Virus record (IMG/VR): IMGVR_UViG_2541047826_000010
DNA: 34,194 nucleotides
DNA from: a virus
Taxonomy: Duplodnaviria > Heunggongvirae > Uroviricota > Caudoviricetes
Strand: one strand, 5' to 3'
Positions 16,642 through 25,864 of the stretch are shown piece after piece. A program made the position numbers and the translations under genes. The notes under the pieces were generated by a model, which saw only the letters and a program-made list of their open reading frames with translations, made no database searches and was not told where the DNA came from. The first letter of the stretch is position 1; every line of letters begins with the position of its first letter.

Positions 16642-18137
16642 TGGCGAGGGGTATCTGGGTTTCACCCGATGAATTTGTTGCTTTTTCTGAGCCTCAGAAA
16701 TCACTGACCGCGCAGATTGCCTCCCGCAGCCGCGCGATCGACTTTTACGGACTGGGCATGTATCTGCCCAATCCTGATCCCATTCTCAAGGCTCAGGGAC
16801 GGGATATCCGTATCTACCGCGAACTGCGCACCGACCCGCTGGTTGGGGGCTGTATCCGCAGACGTAAAGCAGCGCTCAAATCACTGGAGCGTGGACTGGA
16901 GCGCGGTCACGCTTCTGCCCGGGTCTTCCGTTTCATCCGCGACATGCTCGACGATCTGGATCTGTCCCGCATCATCGGTGAGATGAGTGATGCCGTGCTC
17001 TACGGGTATCAGCCCTGTGAAATCATGTGGGGCCGTTCGGTCAGGGCGTGGGCAGTGACGGATATTGTCGGCAAACCGCCTGAGTGGTTTCAGTTTGATA
17101 CGGACAACTGCCTGCGCTTCCGGGCGCGTGATGCGGGTGTGGAGGGTGAGCTGCTGTCACCGTCAAAATTCGTGGTGCCGGCACAGGATGCCTCGTATGA
17201 CAATCCTTACGGTTTCCCGGACCTGTCCATGTGCTTCTGGCCGGTCGCCTTCAAGAAAGGCGGGATGAAATTCTGGCTCCGCTTTGCCGAAAAGTTTGGC
17301 TCCCCGTGGGTGATCGGTAAGCACCCGAGGGGTGCAAATGATGCAGAGATTGAAAAACTGCTGGACTCCATGGAGCAGATGGTGGAGGACGCGGTGGCCA
17401 CCATCCCCGATGACAGCAGCATCGAACTCAAAGCCGCGGATGGTAAGGCGGACAGCAGCGAGGTATTCCGCGAGCTGATCACACTGTCACGCAGTGAGAT
17501 CTCCATTGCATTACTTGGTCAGAATCAGACCACGGAAGCGAACAGTAACAAGGCCTCTGCACAGGCCGGGCTGGAGGTAACGGCTGATATCCGCGATGCG
17601 GATGCGGACATCATTCAGGCAGCAGTGAATCAGGTTATCAGAACGGTGGTCACCCTGAACTTCGGCGATGTGCCGTGTCCGGTCTGGGCCATGTGGGAAC
17701 AGGAGACCATTGATGACACCCGCGCCACCCGCGACGAAAAACTCACCCGGGCGGGTCTGCGTCTGACCCCGCAATACTTTAAGCGTGAGTACCAACTGCA
17801 GGACGGCGATATTGACGAGACATCACCGTCGGAACGCCAGAATAACATGCTGCCGCTGTCATTTGCCGAGGCGATTGATGCCGATATTCAGGCTCAGCAG
17901 CAGCTTGACGACGCGCTGGACATTCTGATGAACGGAGGTGTGTTAAATGGCACGCTGGAACCCGTCCTGGCACCTCTGTTTAAGCGGGTCGAAAACGGGG
18001 TTAACCCGACTGAGCTGCTGGGCGAACTGGCGGAGCTCTACCCTCAGATGAACACGGACGATCTGCAGGAACGGCTGGCCCGTATTCTCTTTGTGGCAAA
18101 TATCCGGGGACGTCTGCATGAGCGTGACAACGGCTGA
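16641..18137 (+). CDS. portal protein (Mu gp29 / DUF935 type)
   Basis: 498 aa; follows the large terminase with ATGA overlap; size and order match the Mu portal. Confidence 0.8.
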   Translation: MARGIWVSPDEFVAFSEPQKSLTAQIASRSRAIDFYGLGMYLPNPDPILKAQGRDIRIYRELRTDPLVGGCIRRRKAALKSLERGLERGHASARVFRFIRDMLDDLDLSRIIGEMSDAVLYGYQPCEIMWGRSVRAWAVTDIVGKPPEWFQFDTDNCLRFRARDAGVEGELLSPSKFVVPAQDASYDNPYGFPDLSMCFWPVAFKKGGMKFWLRFAEKFGSPWVIGKHPRGANDAEIEKLLDSMEQMVEDAVATIPDDSSIELKAADGKADSSEVFRELITLSRSEISIALLGQNQTTEANSNKASAQAGLEVTADIRDADADIIQAAVNQVIRTVVTLNFGDVPCPVWAMWEQETIDDTRATRDEKLTRAGLRLTPQYFKREYQLQDGDIDETSPSERQNNMLPLSFAEAIDADIQAQQQLDDALDILMNGGVLNGTLEPVLAPLFKRVENGVNPTELLGELAELYPQMNTDDLQERLARILFVANIRGRLHERDNG

Positions 18138-18939
18138 ACTGGCGTACTGCATGACGCTTCCCCCGAAGCGGGCAGTCAGTTACCTGAAGTCCAAAGGGTA
18201 TCAGATTACCTGGGACTGGGAAGAAATGTGGCAGGAGGCCCATGCCCGCGCCTTTACCGTTGCTAAAGTGACCCGCCTGGATATCCTGGAAGATATTCGC
18301 GGGGCACTGCAGCAGGCTGTCGATGAAGGAAAAACCGATCGCTGGTTCCGGCAGGAGCTGGAGCCGGTGCTGAAGCGTAAGGGATGGTGGGGACCACGTG
18401 ACACGACTGACCCGGTAACGGGTAAGCCGGTCACCATTCAGCAGGGCAGTCCGTGGCGGCTCGATACCATCTTTCGCACCAATATGTCCGTACTCTACAG
18501 CGCCGGTCGTTGGGCGGAACAGATGGAAAACGTCGACGACAGGCCGTACTGGATGTATACCGGCATCAACGACAGCCATACCCGCAGGAGCCATCTGGCG
18601 CTGCATGGTCTGGTGCTGCGCTGGGATGACCCGTTCTGGCAGGCATTTTACCCGCCGAACGGCTGGCGCTGCCGCTGTAGTGTGATTGCCCTGAGTGCGG
18701 CGGATGTCCGTGCCCGTGGCCTGAAGGTTATCAGCTCCGGCTCTGCCATGGGCCAGGAACTGAAACTGGTCTCAGAGAAAACCGGCGAAATGCGGAACGT
18801 GGCCACCTTTAATACCGGCACCACGAAGGTGACCACCGACGTCGGCTGGTCTTATGCACCGGGGGCAGCATACCGTCCCGACCTGGCCCGCTATCAGGGT
18901 ACGCTTCAGCCACTGGCACAACAGGAACTGAGAGGATAA
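18118..18939 (+). CDS. head morphogenesis protein (Mu F / gp30-like)
   Basis: YWMYTGINDSHTRRSHLALHGLV... and CRC motif typical of the Mu F family; ATG 18118 overlaps the portal 3' end. Confidence 0.8.
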   Translation: MSVTTAELAYCMTLPPKRAVSYLKSKGYQITWDWEEMWQEAHARAFTVAKVTRLDILEDIRGALQQAVDEGKTDRWFRQELEPVLKRKGWWGPRDTTDPVTGKPVTIQQGSPWRLDTIFRTNMSVLYSAGRWAEQMENVDDRPYWMYTGINDSHTRRSHLALHGLVLRWDDPFWQAFYPPNGWRCRCSVIALSAADVRARGLKVISSGSAMGQELKLVSEKTGEMRNVATFNTGTTKVTTDVGWSYAPGAAYRPDLARYQGTLQPLAQQELRG

Positions 18940-18941
18940 CA

Positions 18942-19400
18942 ATGGCTTCCGATAACCTGGTCAGTATCACCATTAACGATAAATCCCTGCGCCGGAGCCT
19001 CCGTGCGCTGGATCTTGCTGCCACAGACCTGGAGCCCGCGATGCGCAAAATCGCCGGAACCCTGCTGGCGGAAACACAGTTTAACTTTCTTGATGAGGGG
19101 CGTCCGGGGTGGATCCCCTCGCTGGCAGCGGAAGAACGTGACGGGCAGACACTGCAGGATACCGGGCGTCTGATGGGGTCAGTATCAACCGACCATGACG
19201 ACCGGCAGGCTGTTGTGGGGACCAACGTTGTTTACGGTGCCATTCACCAGTTCGGGGGTAAAACGGGGCGTAATGAGTCTGTTGAACTTCCGGCCCGCCC
19301 GTTCCTGCCGGTGACGGGGGATGGAGAACTACAGCCTGAAGTGGTAATCCCCATCCTCGATACCATTGTCCGCCATCTTGAATCAGCGGCCCGTCGCTGA
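18942..19400 (+). CDS. virion morphogenesis protein (Mu G-like)
   Basis: 152 aa; VVYGAIHQFGG motif and position after F match the Mu G family. Confidence 0.7.
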   Translation: MASDNLVSITINDKSLRRSLRALDLAATDLEPAMRKIAGTLLAETQFNFLDEGRPGWIPSLAAEERDGQTLQDTGRLMGSVSTDHDDRQAVVGTNVVYGAIHQFGGKTGRNESVELPARPFLPVTGDGELQPEVVIPILDTIVRHLESAARR

Positions 19401-19446
19401 GTTTTCTCTCTTCAGGCGGGTGATTTATCATTGCCAGCGAATGAGG

Positions 19447-19491
19447 GGCTGTATTACCTTTATAAAGGCTTTACAGCCTCTGTTTTATAAC
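19447..19491 (+). promoter_or_regulatory. nested palindrome plus -10-like element in the G-I spacer (candidate head-operon late promoter or terminator, copy B)
   Basis: GGCTGTA-tta-CCTTTATAAAGG-ctt-TACAGCC (7-bp outer stem around a perfect 12-bp palindrome), then TATAAC at 19486-19491; CCTTTATAAAG resembles the CCTTTAATATC box of copies C and D. Confidence 0.35.
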
Positions 19492-19614
19492 CGCCTCCGG
19501 TTCACCGCATTGCTTTCCCTGTCCTTCTCCCCTGATGTTTTCTAAAGCAGATTAAAATCGCCGGGCCTGCATTTCTCACAAACTGTCTCCGACAACATAA
19601 CGCGGGACAGCAAA

Positions 19615-20730
19615 ATGTCAGCCATTCACATTTTTAAAGCCGGTACTCATACCGATATGCACGGCAAAAAACTGCCGTTCACGCCAGACGATCTTGCCGC
19701 CTGCGTGAAAGCCTATGACCCGTCCGTCCATGAAGCACCACTCGTGATTGGTCATCCCAGAACGGAAGACCCGGCGTGGGGCTGGGTGAAAGCCCTGTCG
19801 CTCAGCGGCGTCGATCTGATGGCAGAGCCTGCCCAGCTGGACCCGCAGTTTGCTGAGATGGTCACCGACGGACGATTCAAAAAAGTGTCCGCCTCTTTCT
19901 ACCTCCCGGATTCACCGTCCAATCCGAAGCCCGGCGTGCTCTACCTTCGCCATGTGGGCTTTCTCGGGGCACAGCCACCTTCCGTCAAGGGGCTGAAACA
20001 GGTGTCCTTCAGTGAGCAGGAAGAAGGTGTGGTGGAGTTCGCCGACTGGCAGGCCATCACGAATGCCTCCCTGTGGGGAAAGCTGCGCGATTTTCTGATC
20101 GCCCGCTTCAGTCTGGACGAGGCAGAAAAAGTCCTGCCGGAATGGCAGCTCAACAGTCTGCGCGAAGAGGCGTACCGCGACACACTGTCGCAGGATGCAG
20201 CAGGTGCACAATTCAGTGAGACAGGCCCGGGGCCGTCTTCCGCAAGTAACGAGGAATCATCGATGACAAAAGAAGAGATTGAAGCCCTTCAGGAGGAGAA
20301 CCGCCGCCTGAAGCAGCAGGCTGCTGATCGCGATGCGCGTGATGCACAGGTCAGACAGGAGCAACTGCATAAGGACAATGTGGCCTTTGCAGAAAAACTG
20401 GTCGCAGAGGGCCGTCTGGCTCCCCGCGCCTCCTCCGTGGTGGTTGCCCTGCTGGATGCCGTCGCCGGTGGCGACAAGCCGGTGGAGTTTGCTGAGGGGG
20501 AAAGCCGCACACCGCTGGCCACCGCCTTTCGTTCATTGCTCTCCGACGGGGAGCCGGTGATGAATTTCGCCGAACAGGCCACAAAAGAGCGTGTCGGCGA
20601 CACGGTGAAGGTGGATGTGGCAGAGTTTGCGGAAGCCGATCCTGAGCGTCTGGCCCTGCATCAGAAAGCAGTGGCCCTGTCCAAAAAAGAAGGCATCAGC
20701 TATGAGGCTGCTGTCGCACGCTGCCTGTAA
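19615..20730 (+). CDS. head protease/scaffold protein (Mu I-like)
   Basis: 371 aa; N-terminal protease-like domain, C-terminal E/A/R-rich coiled coil typical of scaffold; precedes the major head gene. Confidence 0.75.
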   Translation: MSAIHIFKAGTHTDMHGKKLPFTPDDLAACVKAYDPSVHEAPLVIGHPRTEDPAWGWVKALSLSGVDLMAEPAQLDPQFAEMVTDGRFKKVSASFYLPDSPSNPKPGVLYLRHVGFLGAQPPSVKGLKQVSFSEQEEGVVEFADWQAITNASLWGKLRDFLIARFSLDEAEKVLPEWQLNSLREEAYRDTLSQDAAGAQFSETGPGPSSASNEESSMTKEEIEALQEENRRLKQQAADRDARDAQVRQEQLHKDNVAFAEKLVAEGRLAPRASSVVVALLDAVAGGDKPVEFAEGESRTPLATAFRSLLSDGEPVMNFAEQATKERVGDTVKVDVAEFAEADPERLALHQKAVALSKKEGISYEAAVARCL

Positions 20731-20744
20731 TTTAAGGAGAGAGC

Positions 20745-21698
20745 ATGTCTGATTACTTAAAAGGTAAACGTGTCGTTGATCCGGTACTGACCAGTATCGC
20801 CCGTGGCTATAAAAATGCCGCATTCATCGGCGAACGTATTTTCCCCGTCGTGCTGACGGACAAGGAAGGCGTGCGTGTACCGACCTTCGGGAAAACCGCC
20901 TTTGTGGAATATGACACCGAGCGTGCCGTCGGGGCGGACAGCAATGTTCTGGTCCGTGAAAAAACAGGCACGCTGGACCTGGTGCTGGGTGAACACGATC
21001 TGGCTGCGCCGGTGGACTATCGCGAGCAGGCGGAGTCCATGTTTAACGAAGAGAGCAAGGCCATCCGTCGCGCCACGAATGGCGTGAACCTGCGCCGTGA
21101 ACTTATCGCTGCCCGTCTGGCTCAGGATGAAAAGGTCTACCGTACCGGGCACGTCAAAAAACTGACAGCCAGTGATCGCTGGGCCGGTGGTAAGGGGGAC
21201 CCCATCGGGGTGATTGAAGCCGGTATGGAAGCGGTCCGTACGGCCACGGGGCTGCGTCCTAACCTGATGACCATGGGGGCCGGCGTGATGGCGCTGCTGA
21301 AGTTCCACCCGGCGATTCAGGCCGCTATCGGAGCCAACGAACGCAAGCGCATCACCACAGAAATCCTGCAGGACCTCTTTCAGATCGAAGAGATCGTCAT
21401 CGGTGCCCCGGTCTCCCTGCCGTCCATGAAAGCGGCAATGGATAAGAACAGCGTGCCGGCGGATATCTGGGGAGACAATCTGATGCTGCACTATGTCGGC
21501 AAACCGCAGCCGGGGGCGGACAGCGCGGACGAGAACGAGCCGTCCTTCGGCTACACCCTGCGTCGTAAGGGGATGCCTGTTGCCGACAAATACGACGGAG
21601 CCGGTGGCAAGGTGAAGTACTGCCGTTATACCGATATCTACAAAGTCGCCGTGGTTGGTGGCGATGCCGGGTATCTCATTACCGGTATCAGTAAATAA
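20745..21698 (+). CDS. major head subunit (Mu T-like)
   Basis: 317 aa, strong SD AAGGAGAG; composition and position match the Mu-type major capsid protein. Confidence 0.85.
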   Translation: MSDYLKGKRVVDPVLTSIARGYKNAAFIGERIFPVVLTDKEGVRVPTFGKTAFVEYDTERAVGADSNVLVREKTGTLDLVLGEHDLAAPVDYREQAESMFNEESKAIRRATNGVNLRRELIAARLAQDEKVYRTGHVKKLTASDRWAGGKGDPIGVIEAGMEAVRTATGLRPNLMTMGAGVMALLKFHPAIQAAIGANERKRITTEILQDLFQIEEIVIGAPVSLPSMKAAMDKNSVPADIWGDNLMLHYVGKPQPGADSADENEPSFGYTLRRKGMPVADKYDGAGGKVKYCRYTDIYKVAVVGGDAGYLITGISK

Positions 21699-21707
21699 GG
21701 AGGCGTT

Positions 21708-22046
21708 ATGGGAACCACTCAGCAGGTCATTCTGATCACAACCGTAACGGCAGGGGCAGCACTGGCACAGCAGCGTTTTGTCGGGGCAGATAATACCCCC
21801 TGTAAAGCCGGTGCCGCAGCGCTCGGGGTTGCCGAAGTGGATGCTGTTACCGGCGACAGCACGCCGGTGAGCGTTCTGGGCATTATTGCTGTCGAGGCCG
21901 GGGCCGCTGTCAGCCGTGGTGTGGCTGTTCAGTCAGATGCTCAGGCCAGAGCCGTGCCGCAGTCCGGCGACGGTAAATCCTGTGGTATTGCACTTGATGA
22001 AGCCGGGGGTGAAGGCGACGTCATTCGTATCCTGCGCGGGGTGTGA
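21708..22046 (+). CDS. small Gly/Ala/Val-rich head-associated protein (possible decoration/cement protein, DUF2190-like)
   Basis: 112 aa, immediately after the major head gene with SD AGGAGG. Confidence 0.5.
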   Translation: MGTTQQVILITTVTAGAALAQQRFVGADNTPCKAGAAALGVAEVDAVTGDSTPVSVLGIIAVEAGAAVSRGVAVQSDAQARAVPQSGDGKSCGIALDEAGGEGDVIRILRGV

Positions 22047-22047
22047 C

Positions 22048-22494
22048 ATGTACTGCACCCTGGAGGATTTGCTTGCGCAGGTGCCGGAGCGGACGCTTAT
22101 CGAGCTCACCAGTGAAGAGATGGACTTCGACTCGCCTGCAACAGTGAATACCCGTGTGGTGGACAGCTGTATCCGCTATGCCGACGAGCTGATTGATGCC
22201 CATCTGCGCGGACGCTATATCCTGCCACTGGCAGAGATACCGACTGTTCTGCGGGACATTGCCATCACGCTGGTCCGTTACCGGCTCTACGCCCGCCGCC
22301 CGGAAGGTGACCTCCCGGATACGGTGAAGGATGACCACAAAGAAGCGCTGCGGCAACTCAGGGAGTTACGTGATAACAGGCTCACGCTGGGGCTGCCGTC
22401 CACTCAGAAAGATGTGCCTGAGCCTGGCGAGTTTCGTGTACGCAGTCGCCCGGCCACTTTCGGCGGTCGTGACGGTTTACTGGAGAAATACTGA
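22048..22494 (+). CDS. head completion / connector protein (Mu gp36-position)
   Basis: 148 aa from ATG 22048 (2 nt after the previous stop); the ORF-track 202-aa version is an upstream extension. Confidence 0.55.
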   Translation: MYCTLEDLLAQVPERTLIELTSEEMDFDSPATVNTRVVDSCIRYADELIDAHLRGRYILPLAEIPTVLRDIAITLVRYRLYARRPEGDLPDTVKDDHKEALRQLRELRDNRLTLGLPSTQKDVPEPGEFRVRSRPATFGGRDGLLEKY

Positions 22495-22958
22495 TGAACG
22501 TTCTGCCCGTCCTTGATGCGGTACTGGCCCGGTTACGCGAGAAGCTGCCGCAACTGCAGGTGGAGTACTTCCCGGAGAAACCGGCTGAATATCGCCTGAA
22601 CCATCCGGTTGGCGCGTTGCTGTTGAGCTATGCCGGTTCGCGCTTTGACAGGCCGGATGATACCGGTGCGGTGATCCAGTCTCAGACTATCCAGCTCTGC
22701 GTCACGGTGGTCTTCCGCCAGCTCAACGGTAAAAAAGGGGCGATTAATGTCCTGGATGCTGTCCGCCGCATTCTCGGTGGCCACACCCCGCCCGGCTGCC
22801 GCCGCCGTATCTGGCTGACCCGCGAGGTGTTTATCGGTGAAGTCAGGGGGCTGTGGCAGTACGCCCTCGACTTCGCGACTGAAAGCGTCTTTATCGAAGA
22901 CAGCGATTTACCGTCCGGCCCGCTGTTAACCGAAGTGAACTATGAGGAAAGCGAGTGA
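22494..22958 (+). CDS. head-tail connector protein (Mu gp37-position)
   Basis: 154 aa, coupled by ATGA overlaps on both sides. Confidence 0.55.
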   Translation: MNVLPVLDAVLARLREKLPQLQVEYFPEKPAEYRLNHPVGALLLSYAGSRFDRPDDTGAVIQSQTIQLCVTVVFRQLNGKKGAINVLDAVRRILGGHTPPGCRRRIWLTREVFIGEVRGLWQYALDFATESVFIEDSDLPSGPLLTEVNYEESE

Positions 22959-23209
22959 TGAAAGAATACCGCTATTCCGGCCCGGCCAGCGGCGTCACGC
23001 TGTCGGACGGAACCGAAATCCTGCTCTGGCCGGGGAAGACGGTTTCCCTGCCGGAGGAGCATGACTACGTGAAGGTACTGGTGGCGCTGAAACATCTGAC
23101 GCCGGTACCTGAAGAGACTAAACCCGCCGGCACACCGGCTGTGCAGTCACCAAAGCGCAGAAGCAGCAGTGACAGCGAAGTGAAAACGGAGGACACCCAT
23201 GGCAGCTAA
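22955..23209 (+). CDS. small hypothetical structural-module protein
   Basis: 84-aa ORF between the connector genes and the sheath gene. Confidence 0.45.
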   Translation: MMKEYRYSGPASGVTLSDGTEILLWPGKTVSLPEEHDYVKVLVALKHLTPVPEETKPAGTPAVQSPKRRSSSDSEVKTEDTHGS

Positions 23210-24626
23210 CTATCTGCATGGTCCCGAAACCATTGAGGTGGAAAACGGAGCCCGCCCGGTTAAAACGGTGAAATCTGCCGTTATTGGCCTGATTGGTACC
23301 GCCCCGATGGGGGATGTCAATACGCTGGTACAGTGCCTGTCTGAGAAAGACGCAGCGGCATTTGGCAGCCAGTTCACCGGCTTTACCATTCCGCAGGCGC
23401 TGGATGCGATTTATGACCATGGTGCAGGTACCGTTCTGGTCATTAACGTCCTCGACCCGGCGAAACATAAAACGGCGATCGAGGATGAGGTGGTTACCTT
23501 TGACAAATCGACAGGGCAGGCCAGACTGGCGCATCCGGTTGTCGCTAATGTGGTGGTGAAAAACAGTGAAGGCAGCACCACCCACACGGCGAACACGGAC
23601 TACCGTGTTGATGCGCAGGCGGGTGTGCTCACGAACCTGGGCAAGGCTATTGAGGCCGGTGGCAGCGTGAAGGTGAGCTATGAGTACGCGGACCCGTCGA
23701 AGGTGACTGCGGCGGACATCATCGGCGGGGTGAATAGCGCCGGAAACCGAACTGGCATGAAGCTGCTTAACGACAGCTTCAACCTGTACGGCTATTTCGC
23801 CAAAATTCTGATTGCGCCGGTGTTCTGCACCCAGAAGAGTGTCGCAGTTGAGCTTATCGCCATGGCAGAGAAGCTGGGCGCGGTAACCTACATTGATGCG
23901 CCTGTCGGTACCACCTTTGCACAGGCTCTGGCAGGTCGTGGCCCGGAAGGCACCATCAACTTCAATACCAGCTCCGACCGCGTCCGTCTGTGCTATCCGC
24001 ATGTGAAGGTATATGACCCGGTGACAAACACAGAGCGTCTGGAGCCGCTCAGCCAGCGTGCAGCAGGTCTGCGTGCCAGAGTCGATCTGGACAAGGGCTA
24101 CTGGTGGTCATCCTCCAATCAGGAGATTCTGGGGATCACCGGCGTGGAGCGCCAGCTGTCCGCGATGATTGATGACCCGCAGAGTGAGGTGAACCTGCTT
24201 AACGAACAGGGGATCACCACGGTATTCAGCAGTTACGGCAGCGGCCTTCGTCTGTGGGGTAACCGGACGGCAGCATGGCCAACGGTCACCCATATGCGTA
24301 ACTTTGAGAACGTTCGCCGCACCGGTGATGTGATCAACGAGTCCATTCGTTATTTCAGCCAGCAGTACATCGACATGCCGATTACTCAGGCGCTGATTGA
24401 TGCACTGACGGAGTCGGTCAACGCCTACGGTCGCAAAATGACTGGTGATGGTGCGGTACTGGGCTTCCGTTGCTGGTTTGATCCGGCCCGCAATCCGGAG
24501 ACGGAGCTGGCCGCCGGGCACCTGTTGCTGAGCTACAAATATACGCCACCACCGCCGCTGGAGCGACTGACGTTTGAGACTGAGATCACCTCGGAATACC
24601 TGTTAACCCTGAAAGGGGGCAACTGA
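23199..24626 (+). CDS. contractile tail sheath protein
   Basis: 475 aa; SD GGAGG; precedes the tube gene with ATGA overlap. Confidence 0.85.
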   Translation: MAANYLHGPETIEVENGARPVKTVKSAVIGLIGTAPMGDVNTLVQCLSEKDAAAFGSQFTGFTIPQALDAIYDHGAGTVLVINVLDPAKHKTAIEDEVVTFDKSTGQARLAHPVVANVVVKNSEGSTTHTANTDYRVDAQAGVLTNLGKAIEAGGSVKVSYEYADPSKVTAADIIGGVNSAGNRTGMKLLNDSFNLYGYFAKILIAPVFCTQKSVAVELIAMAEKLGAVTYIDAPVGTTFAQALAGRGPEGTINFNTSSDRVRLCYPHVKVYDPVTNTERLEPLSQRAAGLRARVDLDKGYWWSSSNQEILGITGVERQLSAMIDDPQSEVNLLNEQGITTVFSSYGSGLRLWGNRTAAWPTVTHMRNFENVRRTGDVINESIRYFSQQYIDMPITQALIDALTESVNAYGRKMTGDGAVLGFRCWFDPARNPETELAAGHLLLSYKYTPPPPLERLTFETEITSEYLLTLKGGN

Positions 24627-25147
24627 TGTCAAAGATTGAGATAAACCGCATCACGAATGCCAACATCTATCTGGATGGTACTAACCTGCTGGGACGGGCT
24701 GAGGAAGTTAAACTCCCCGATGTCTCCATGATTATGCAGGAACACAAGGCGCTGGGGATGGTGGGTAAGGTGGAACTCCCGGCTGGTTTTGACAAACTGG
24801 AAGGCGAAATCAAATGGAACAGCTTTTACCGCGATGCGATGCTGTCTGCCGCGAACCCGTACAGGTCGCTGGCACTGCAGTGTCGTTCCAGCGTCCAGCG
24901 CTACAGCTCGCAGGGGCTGATTGACGAAATCCCGCTGGTCACCTTCCTGACGATTATGTTCAAGAAGAACCCGCTGGGGACGTTCAAACAGCACGAGAAC
25001 GCCGAGTTCTCCAGTAGCTTCACCTGCACGTATATCAGACAGGTACTGGATGGTGAAGAGCTGCTGCAACTGGACTATCTGGCCAACATCTTCCGGGTCG
25101 GCGGTGTTGATCAACTGACTGACTACCGTATCAATATCGGGGGCTGA
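24626..25147 (+). CDS. tail tube protein
   Basis: 173 aa; size and position after the sheath match Mu M / P2 FII-type tubes. Confidence 0.8.
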   Translation: MSKIEINRITNANIYLDGTNLLGRAEEVKLPDVSMIMQEHKALGMVGKVELPAGFDKLEGEIKWNSFYRDAMLSAANPYRSLALQCRSSVQRYSSQGLIDEIPLVTFLTIMFKKNPLGTFKQHENAEFSSSFTCTYIRQVLDGEELLQLDYLANIFRVGGVDQLTDYRINIGG

Positions 25148-25149
25148 CG

Positions 25150-25431
25150 GTGAGTGTTGAACTGACGGATAAAGGAGGACGATGTGCGGCACTGGGCATG
25201 TCAAATGGTACGTGGTTTACCCTCCTTGATATTCCGGGGGTGGAAACCCTTTTTAATACCCGTAAAACCAATGACCCGATTGACTGCACACGTTCAAAGG
25301 CCCGCAAACTGGCGGATTTGATTGAAGCATGGGAGCCTCCCGACCACTGGTTCTCCGGCATCGGCAAATCTGAGGGAAAGACGCTTCTCATCGCTTTCCT
25401 GCGTAACTGCAAGGGGTTTCGCACTTGCTGA
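25150..25431 (+). CDS. hypothetical protein (start uncertain)
   Basis: 93-aa ORF from GTG 25150 (in-frame ATG at 25198); followed directly by a terminator hairpin; a strong SD AAGGAGG at 25172-25178 serves an out-of-frame 15-codon ORF instead. Confidence 0.35.
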   Translation: MSVELTDKGGRCAALGMSNGTWFTLLDIPGVETLFNTRKTNDPIDCTRSKARKLADLIEAWEPPDHWFSGIGKSEGKTLLIAFLRNCKGFRTC

Positions 25432-25437
25432 CATCAC

Positions 25438-25460
25438 AGGGGCTCCGGCCCCTTCTTCTT
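25438..25460 (+). terminator. candidate intrinsic terminator after the sheath/tube block
   Basis: AGGGGC-TCCG-GCCCCT hairpin (25438-25453) followed by TTCTTCTT. Confidence 0.45.
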
Positions 25461-25505
25461 AATCTCCTTTAATATCCGTCACGCGCTTCTCCCGACATAC
25501 TGCCC
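25457..25505 (+). promoter_or_regulatory. candidate late promoter, tail side (conserved bipartite motif, copy C)
   Basis: TCTTAA-N3-CCTTTAATATC-N20-ATACTGCCC; identical boxes and spacing to copy D; 23 nt upstream of the chaperone ATG with SD CAGGAG in between. Confidence 0.45.
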
Positions 25506-25528
25506 TGAACTTACACAGGAGCACAATC

Positions 25529-25864
25529 ATGTCACAGACCCCATCCGATACTTTTAAATTGTCTTATCCCTTCACCACTGCTGCAGGCACCAGAATTGAG
25601 CTGGTTGAACTGAAACGCCTGACGGTAAAAGACCTGAAGCAGGTGCGCAAAATCAGCAAAAACCCGGCAGACTGGGACGAACCGCTGATTGCCCGCAGTA
25701 CTGGTCTTCTCCCGGAAGATCTCGACAATATGGATCTGGCTGATTACCTGCAGTTACAGAAACGATTTCAGCTCATCACGGGGATGGGTGAGAGCAACCA
25801 GGGCGCTGACGCAGGCGCAGGGGCTGCTGGCGAGATGGTTCCGGTTTCAGCCGGGGGAGATTGA
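25529..25864 (+). CDS. tail assembly chaperone (P2 gpE-like)
   Basis: 111 aa; TFKLSYPF...IELVELKRLTVKDL...LLPEDLDNMDLADYLQL matches the gpE-family pattern; sits between the tube and tape-measure genes. Confidence 0.7.
   Translation: MSQTPSDTFKLSYPFTTAAGTRIELVELKRLTVKDLKQVRKISKNPADWDEPLIARSTGLLPEDLDNMDLADYLQLQKRFQLITGMGESNQGADAGAGAAGEMVPVSAGGD

Noticed and set aside
25182-25229. 15-codon ORF with a strong AAGGAGG Shine-Dalgarno just after the tail tube gene
   Set aside because: Too short to call and in a different frame from the 93-aa ORF; kept only as a note that the start of 25150-25431 is uncertain.
25689-25850. N-terminal part of the +1-frame ORF overlapping the gpE-like chaperone as an independent gene
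   Set aside because: No SD, and the translation (MPAVLVFSRKISTIWIWLITCSYRN...) is not protein-like; only the segment after the G-run is considered, as a frameshift extension.
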